DNA of 64,000 nt from the NCBI GenBank assembly GCA_012295275.1, contig CM022670.1:28892001-28956000 (forward strand), written 5' to 3'. Shown here piece by piece: positions 55,007-64,000 of this stretch. A model generated the notes under the pieces. That model ran no database searches, had not been told where the DNA came from, and saw only the letters and a program-made list of their open reading frames with translations. The translations under genes and the position numbers were made by a program. Numbering within the stretch: the stretch's first letter is position 1; each line of letters begins with the position of its first letter. Source of the DNA: Chrysomallon squamiferum (lineage: Eukaryota > Animalia > Mollusca).

Positions 55007-55590
55007 ATCTTTTAAATCCGTTATTACGTTAACATTTTTTTTTTTTTTTAAAAAGAAAATTTTTGTTGTCAAACTGATAAGACGAACCTTCGGTCGAATA
55101 AATTCTTAAATCCATTTAAATCTCATTTTCCTTTTCAATAAACCTGCGAGCGATATTTAAAGAGAGCCTGCCCAATCGTGTTATAGGAATAATGGATAAT
55201 TGCAACTCCATTTCGTAAAAGGAAAAACTCTTTTGAAACGAATCTGCAATCAAACAATTCTGCTAAAAATCATTATAATTTTTTTTCCCCCTTTTTCATA
55301 AAAATGCAGTATACCGTCATATTACGACAGTAAATTTTAAATGTTATTAATGAAAACGTAATCGATAGGGGTTTTATTATTTTTCTGTATTTTATCTGCA
55401 GTCAGAAACTTCTTTAACAATGTAGGTATTTATAACTGTTACATTTTAACGTATTTTCATGATCATAAAGTTAATTTAGTAACTAGAAACGGCTGGTAAC
55501 TCGAAAACATGAAGAAAACCCTCCCTGAATAACGACATAAAATAAAATATCTAAAAGAAAACAAACACACATATACACACAACACACGCG

Positions 55591-55632
<42 letters not shown>

Positions 55633-55800
55633 GCACATACAATCTCAAACACATATTTCACAATCAGGTATGAATGATCCTACCGCACTAACACAATTAC
55701 TGGAATATTTAATACAAAAACTGCCTAAAAGAAGATTTAAAAACAAAAATTCATTTTACCTCATCTTTTACCAACATCAAAAAACCAACAACAAACACAT

Positions 55801-55927
<127 letters not shown>

Positions 55928-56283
55928 TAATACTCATTTGATCGATGACATTTTTCTTTTCACCCGTAACTGCATCCAATTAGCTGAAAACATACATAAT
56001 CTTTCAGCGTAATGATGAGAAAAATTTACTTTTATCACCGCAGCTTCCAAACCCGGGAATTATCTCTGAAGCAGTCTTAAAGCCATCGATTTTCACTGGG
56101 CTGCCTGACCTAAAACAAACTTAAAAGCAGCTGTTTGGTATTAATATTATTTCAAAACAGACAGTATAGATCGTGATCCTTGGGACGAATTCTTGAGCGT
56201 CCGTGACAAGGAGGAATTGGATGGATTTCCTTTACAGAAAATAAAGATATTTCTCGTTTAAAAGTTAATATGAAGCAATAAAA

Positions 56284-56365
56284 TTGGCTTATTTCTCATT
56301 CCAGCCAGTGTCTTTGTGGAATGTGTTGACCGATCAGTGAGAACGTGTGTATATCCCTTACTGCA
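56284..56365 (+). mobile_element. SINE core fragment
   Basis: ttggcttatttctcattccagccagtg...atcccttactgc resembles the same core. Confidence 0.4.
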
Positions 56366-59300
56366 TCTTTAACAACACAGATGGAATAAAGGCTGCAGAT
56401 TTTTTTATTATTATTATTATTAAAATAATTACCAAATCAGAGATAAGCAACTGTTGTTATGTACCAATGTGTCAAAAGCACTTAACATGGACTTTGATAA
56501 AGTGTTGTTGAGAGACCATATAATTTTTATTATCGTCATAAAATAACACAAAATATATTTTAATAATATCTAATTCACATTTAAATTTGAAATTCCGTTT
56601 ATACGACACTAATTTTTTTTTAAATTTTATCAATTATTATTTACTGACATGATATTAAAAGCAGTAATTTTTCGAAAAACAACTTTTAATGTATTTTCAG
56701 ATACATTTAATTAATGGGGCTTTTTTTAAGGTTTCTTTTTTCAAAACTAATTTTAGAATAACAAAAAAGTGTTATATAAATTACCTTTCTTTTTACTCTA
56801 CCATACAAAAATCCCTAAGTTCTTTTGGTGACATTTCATCTGACATTCAGAACATAAAGATTCTATCATCTAAGAAGAAAATTTAATTTACACTCGCATG
56901 TTTATTTTTATTCAAACAAAAACATGAAACCTGAGAAAATATGTTATACAAGACGCTCCTATCTTTTCATGGATTATTTTAATTCAATATGCAGTCCTTA
57001 GATCAGAGTGTCTAAATGTGTTTTGTTCAACGACATCCCTCGAGCGTACTGATTACTTTTCTATCGTCGTTTCTGGATGTCAAACATTAGGTGTATCTGA
57101 CTTGTAGTCTTCAGAGGAAACACGCTAAATATTAACGAGAGGGATGCAGAGAGGAAAGGACAAATAACAACAGTCTTTGTTTAATCGACTGTAGGGCACT
57201 AGTGGAATTCAAAAGCGGGATCAGTGCACCAAGATGGACTGATCCTACAATTCGTCATGAATTAGATCAGCTAAATAATAATTTTAATAAATTGGCCTGA
57301 TGACTTATCACATTAATGACAACGAGATGTTCAGTACCAGCGTATTTATTAAATGATGTGATCCTTGTTCAGGTCAAAGATTTTGTCCATGGTCATAATT
57401 CAGTGCATTTCAATTGCCATAGTGTATTCTTCTTTCTAGATAGGGACGTACAAATAGAAAATACTTTGGGTAGTGGTTAATAAACAACGTGTTAGCAGAC
57501 GAAGAAACGCCAGTCGTGAACACAAAAACCTGGATTCCTATGTTTGTTTTCCTATGACTCATAGAGGTTTCTTGGAACGAGAAACATTTGAAGCACTAAT
57601 CTTACAGTCTTATGCACTTCAAATAAAAAAAGATGTGATCCTCACGACGAAGTTTATTGCGATTTCAATAAAAATTATTTTATTACAGTTCAAAACATAA
57701 AAACCAATTAAACTCAGATAACACGAAATCGGTCTGTATATGAAATTTTCGAAGACGAATTGAACATAACAACTGGAAACTCACTCTTTTTGAAGAATAC
57801 GTTCAGTAAATAATGCGTCACTATTCGACTAACATACTAACACGTTAACTCATAAATCTAACAGCGCTTTTCATGGCACGACAACCCCACATCTTTGGGT
57901 GAAAATAATCTGAATGAGTCTAAACACGAGTAGTAAGCAGAAAGACATGAAATTCGTCACGTTTCTAACATAATAATATTTCTGTTTCCTTTGATCACGA
58001 TAAGCGTGCGTATAAATATATTGAAATAATAACACATTATTGAAAATGTTGAACAGCAGACTCTAGACCAAGCTGAAGTTCAGTGGTACGTGATAGCCTG
58101 AACAGAGAAAGGCTGCAGGGTCGATCGTTGTCAGTGCGTCAGATTATTTTGATCAGCCCGGTACTTGGCGGCAGACAGGCGAAGACTGCGAATAAAGTAT
58201 TATTTTCTGCTATTAATGGGCACGAAAACGCCAAAATGTGGCTGGAACGGGTTTCCCATTTCATACCTCATTATAAAATTACATAGCGAAATTACATTTT
58301 GAGATATAGTTGATATGTATTCATTTATTAGTAATACAGATAAAAATAGAATTGAAATGCAAGAAATGTGGAAAGTAGTTCTTTCTACAGAAAAGAAACT
58401 GTTAAATTAATTATGTGTTTCAGGTGTTAACAAATACTTGTGATATTTGTATATACTTATAAGTACTTGTTTATGTATATATATATATATATATATATTC
58501 CTAAAATACAACGTAATTACACAGAACCATAACACTGACATTATTAAATTAAACAATTATTTTCGCTTACTTTTTAAAAATATTTATTTATACAGTGTCT
58601 AAAATTAACTAGATTATATTTTAGTTATTTTTCTCTGCTTATAGCAGCTGTATCACGACTGAAATTACAGTGTAATCTCTTTCACCTGGAAGTATCGCCA
58701 GGCACGAGACACATTTTGTAAATATCAAGGTTCATGCTTGTTTCTTGACCACTTTTAAGTGGAAGCCTTATGGGAGTTTCGTGGAATTGTTCTGCAAAAT
58801 ATAGGGTAGCCTGATGTCGTTCATTACCTTTATTGATCCACAAAGTCTTTAAAAGCGAGTCTGGCCCAGCGATGACGTATACTTAATGACAGGAGGCTTG
58901 CGACAGGCTTCTCATTTTTTAGAATTATACTGCACGACAAAAGACATGGTACAGAATGTCAAAAACAAACAGCTGAATAGCAATACAGTACGGCTTAATT
59001 TTGTGTACCTTAGTTATATTAACTTCAGTATTATTTAGCATGAATGAATATTGTTTGTTTACAAGCAACAAATGAAGTTATGTAAGAATCGATACACTAA
59101 TACTTGATTACAAAGGTTTACACCATCTAAAGAAACTTACTGCGTAAAAAGCAAATACATATAATGAATTCAACTATTACATATCTTAGCACAACTCCAC
59201 AGTGCAATAGTAGTCATCAATGATAATCTGTTATTTTAAGATAATTCTGACAATCCGAGGGGTGTACGAAATTTCTAATTCAGTGGTGACAATTTCTGAT

Positions 59301-60474
59301 ATGTAAAGACAGGTGACATAGGATAGTTCTGCTAGATATAAAAAGGCATTCAATTATTAGTAATAATCGTAGGTATGTGTTTGAAAGATACGAGATTGCT
59401 AGTGACAATCTAAAATGGTGTATATAGGAATGGGTTAATTTATGTTATTACGGACACCAATTCAATAGATGATCCTGAGATAGAGATTTCACTAGACTGA
59501 CACACACAGAACTGTAAATATTAAGACAGACGTTTAAAGGCATTTGTGAAGAATCTTGTGTGATCTTGCTGTTTTGACATTGATGTCTGGTGTGGAGACG
59601 AGCTGATTACTCTGCTGTTACTGAAAATGACAATCGTAGCCAGTGGGAACACACAGGTCAGACTGACAACAAAATAACTGACACGGCCATTTTTCATTCT
59701 CTTATTTTATTTATTTGTTTCGTAATTATTTTCTGTTTTTATTTATTTTTACTTTTTAGTTACCAGTTCTTTCTTTTTAGTTATCAGTGGGTTCATCTTT
59801 GGTGATTTTGGTTTTCTTTTTATGGTTTTTCTCTTTTTCTCAGCTTCTGTTTTTCTTTGTCCTTCTTTGTTTCCAGTTTTTATTTATTGATTTATAAATA
59901 CAACACAATAAAAGTAAGGTTTTGAAATTATTTCTAATAAATTTACTAATTTGTAGTGTACGTGTGTTTGTTTGTGTGTATGGATGTATGTATATCATAT
60001 ATATATATATGCTTGTACGTATGTATGTAAGTACGTACATACATATTTATTTAAATCCCTGTTTATTTAACCAGTTTATTTACCACCATATTAACCATAT
60101 TTACAGACTCGTGTAACTGCATGTACTATTATACACACACTCACAGCACGAGCTCTGTCTACTGTAGTACGTATTATTATTGAATTACTTACGCTATGAT
60201 TTTACTCAGTGTAGAAACATACTAATGTTACAATGCGAAATCAACCATCTGTGAAGATAACGAATATTAAACACTAACGAACAGAATGCGAGGCTTTCTA
60301 AATAGATTTGTGTATAAGTGGCGTAATGGAATAAAAAATGGTTTTGGGGAGAAGTAAATACTGATGAAGTCTGCAGTTAGAAATATTATTTATTCTTCCC
60401 AGTTCATCAAGTACTGTATAATCGTATAGAATAATACAAAGTGCACGTGAAATTTTCAGTGTGTGGTTTAAAAT

Positions 60475-60596
<122 letters not shown>

Positions 60597-62619
60597 CATG
60601 AATCATTACAGATAATTATTTTTTTATTACTGGGGACAGAGCTCGTAGAAAGCAGGTTATTGTATGGGTATGAATAATAATCTGCTTATTACTGCAAAAA
60701 TCAAATATGAAAATTAAATCAGGAACAAATATAAATCGTGTACAATTATTTTTTTTTTTTATATGACTGTCATGACATTTTACTGATAAAATGATGGTGT
60801 TGTGTTTCTAAATGGCGTTGCCATGTCTGATGATAGGACTATCAGCATTTATGATTTAGATTCTGATAAACTGAAATTATCTTCTTGGTACTGTCGTTAT
60901 TGAATGCTTCGAAAAGATTCATCATGACGGAACATGAGTTTCGGATAACTATAATTGCACGTCTTTCTGAATACTGGAATCAATTTGTTTAATAAATTTA
61001 AATAGCAGTCAATGCTTTGGGCTTATTCAGTCACTGTATTCTTATCACAGCGTCCTAATATTATTTCCTGTTGAAATTACTCCGCTGTCACTACTTGATT
61101 AAAGGCCATGATGCTTAGGTATTTAATGGCCTGTATACGTAAAAGAAAACATGAATAAGCGAATATAACAAAACGGTATCATTTTTTAATGTTAATATAG
61201 TCTGAACTGAACTACTTTAGATTATCTGGTCTGAAATCTAAAATCTGCCCAAGAAACAATGAGATAATGGCTTATATTACAGTCTATACTTACTTCTTAT
61301 TGTTAAATTTATGTCTACCCAGTAATCTCTGCTAATAAAAGACAATACTGGTTTTTGAAATTTAACTGACATGGCAGTTTTGCTCCAAAATCAAGATTAA
61401 CTGGAATAAGAATGTCTGACAACCAAAGGTGGTTAATTCTAGTAATTACGAATTTTTTTAAGTTACAGATTAGTGTACAATAGTGGCCTATGTTAGTCAT
61501 TTATCGAGATAACAGCTTTAAAACTGCAGACGTTTTTGTTCAAATTAATTGGCATGGTGTTTATTAAATGTAATGAACTTTATTTGCGTTGTTTTATGAC
61601 AACAATTTAAGCACTGTCTTTTTTAATCTTACCAAACAACTTTTAAAGATGCTTATTCAAATATTTAACAAAATTCACAAACACATAAAAAGAAAGTGAA
61701 ATAAATTAAGTTTAGCAGTCGTATGTTGCCTAAATGAATTTGGTACAAAATGAATATGGACCCGCCGGCTTTCGCAAATCGACTATAATTATTTCCACGT
61801 TATTAAATAAGGTTGCCTTGGGAGACTCGGCATGCCATTATTATTAACTATATTACGTTTCGATAAAGAAATATTTATTTATTTATTCTTTCACTCTATT
61901 TTCCTCTTCTTTAAATTTTTTTTTTTTTTTTCAACATCGCCTTTTGATTAAATTAACAGAAAAATGAAAAACAAAAACGTTACTGAAGTGAAAGTTTATA
62001 TCAAATCCCGTATCGAATTCTTATATTAAGTCTGAGTAAACATTTCACATTTCAAATTTCACATTTCATAACGTGGGGGAGCACGGGTCGCGGGATCACC
62101 TCCTTGTGTAGTTAACCCTTTGCCTTTACTCGTTCCAGCAAATGCGATTAACTAGTTTGTGAAAGGACATAGACACACATACACACACAGACATTTATAT
62201 ATATATATAAATAAAGGTCACTCGGGAGTGGTCAATTTATAAATGACTAAACACTTGGCTTACAATTGATAGCCACATTTTAGGCGCAGCCTCTTTGAAA
62301 AAACCAGAAACAAATAAGGAGAAAATTAAAGTAAAAACCTGATTGGTCGGTTTCGAAATGACTAATAACCGCGATAGACCACCTGGTTATAATATCCTAT
62401 TGGTTTTTCTTAAAGTACAGGAAGCAACAGTATCTATGGTTTAGACGTAAATAACTGGAATTACAAGTAAACTGTCCTTTAAACATTGCGTATGTTGTTT
62501 ATCAAATACCAATTAATTTCGAGTTTAATTTGCGAGCTAGGTAAAAATAATAGTCATTACTGAATGCTAGGCTTTCTTGTACTGCGGCCGGCTATTAATT
62601 AATCTTTTTCGCGGTTTGA

Positions 62620-62760
62620 TGCTCTATGGTTAAGGTGTTGCATGAGATATATTAGGTCGCAAACTCAAATCTCACCACTGACTGTTTCCCGTTCTAGTCA
62701 TTGTCCATCGACTGATACCGTAATGAAAATATGATTACGTAATATCTCATCTTTTGAAAG
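62620..62760 (+). mobile_element. Degenerate tRNA-SINE head/core
   Basis: gctctatggttaaggtg...tcaaatctc...tttcccgttctagtcattgtccatcgactg. Confidence 0.35.
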
Positions 62761-63404
62761 AAGCGCGCACACACGTACACACACACAGAAACTCATACAC
62801 ACACAGGTATATAATATTATGTATGTATGTGTACATATCTGTCTATCTACCGAGCTATTCGTTTATTATAGTCTACTAACAAAATAGAAACAGGTCGTAT
62901 TTTCACACAAGAGCAGTTATAGGGGTATTTTAAAATAAAATAATAAAACAGATTAGAAAAATCAGATATTATACAAACATTACACAATTAATATCATTTT
63001 TGTCCTTATGCAGTGTACGAAAATATACTTAATAAGGCTTACAAGGACAGAAATCGTATCTTGTGTTGAACTAGTTCAAGGAATATTTGTTTTTAATTTT
63101 ACATATTAAACATTTATGCCTCAGATACTTTACAAACATACGATGAATAAAAACATTTTTACTAATAAGGACATAAATCGTATCAGTACACCGATCGAGT
63201 TCAAATATGTTTATCTACGTAACACAGTAAACGTAAAAATCTTTCTGTGGTTAAGGGAATCGATAACAGATGTCCAAGCAGAACATGACTGGAAGCAGCG
63301 AGAATAAAAAGGGGAGTGCTTTCAAAGTAAACATCCGACGTCTGCAGCTGACACACAGGTTACTTGTTTGATAAAAACGGTTAATGTGTCATTAACAACA
63401 ATCG

Positions 63405-64000
63405 ACAAAACTGTTTGTTCAGTTACCTTTTCGTTTAACAGTGCAATCAGATACCTGTTGATACAACTGTTCAGATAGGTATCTGTTGATTCATCTGTTT
63501 AGTGAGATACCTGTTTATTTAACTGTTCAGTCATAACTATGCCTGTTTATTCAGATATATTTTGATTCAAACGTTTATGTCATACCTGTTCATTATTCTA
63601 GTTGATTCACCTGTTTACTCAGATATGAGTTGATTCAACTGTTTAGTGAGATACCTGCTGATTCACCTGTTTAGTCAGATACCTGTTGATTCAACTGTTT
63701 AGTCACATACCTGATGATTCGCCTGTTTTCAGACATCTATTGACTCAAGTGTTTAGTCAGATATCTGCTGATTCATCTATTTAGTCAGATAATGGTTGAT
63801 TCAACAGCTTGGTCAGATATCTGTTGATTCAACTATTTAGTGTGATACCTGTTGAATCAACTGTTTAGTCAGATATACAGTGATAAAACTATTTATTCAG
63901 TTCTCTGTTTGGTAAATGTATTTATACAAAAATTTGTTGGGATAGAAATTTTTATTAGATACCTGTTGATAAAACTAATTACTGAAGTACCTGTTTAAAA
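63405..64000. repeat. 28-bp degenerate satellite running to the window end
   Basis: Consensus cagatacctgttgattcaactgtttagt. Confidence 0.9.

Overview
AT-rich, microsatellite-dense, intron-containing animal genomic DNA, probably a gastropod mollusc (inferred from the gene content and the tRNA-headed SINE type; not proven). I could splice three protein-coding genes by hand with canonical GT-AG boundaries and continuous reading frames. (1) + strand 977-1666: a 93-aa secreted Gly/Met/Tyr-rich protein with a DY-GRR amidation/cleavage-like site formed across its splice junction. (2) - strand 5012-2562: a 4-exon, 366-aa GPR157-like (cAMP-receptor-like) 7TM receptor, tail-to-tail with gene 1. (3) - strand 34319-9976: a 21-coding-exon, ~1195-aa presynaptic active-zone scaffold (Rab-binding helix + RIM-type Zn finger, PDZ, C2A, C2B). 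Its PDZ looks Piccolo-like and its C2B lacks the canonical RIM signature, so it reads as a Fife/Clarinet-type RIM paralogue. It carries an 11x SPKE octapeptide repeat and two RxLPxxP motifs. The remaining ~30 kb (34.4-64 kb) has no recognisable host coding exon and holds SINE relics, an internally inverted LINE RT relic and tandem repeats. Introns contain a 57-bp-arm near-perfect palindrome, a TA-flanked MITE and a 35-bp minisatellite. Most ORFs in the supplied track are microsatellite artefacts. All homology calls are from motif recognition, not database searches.
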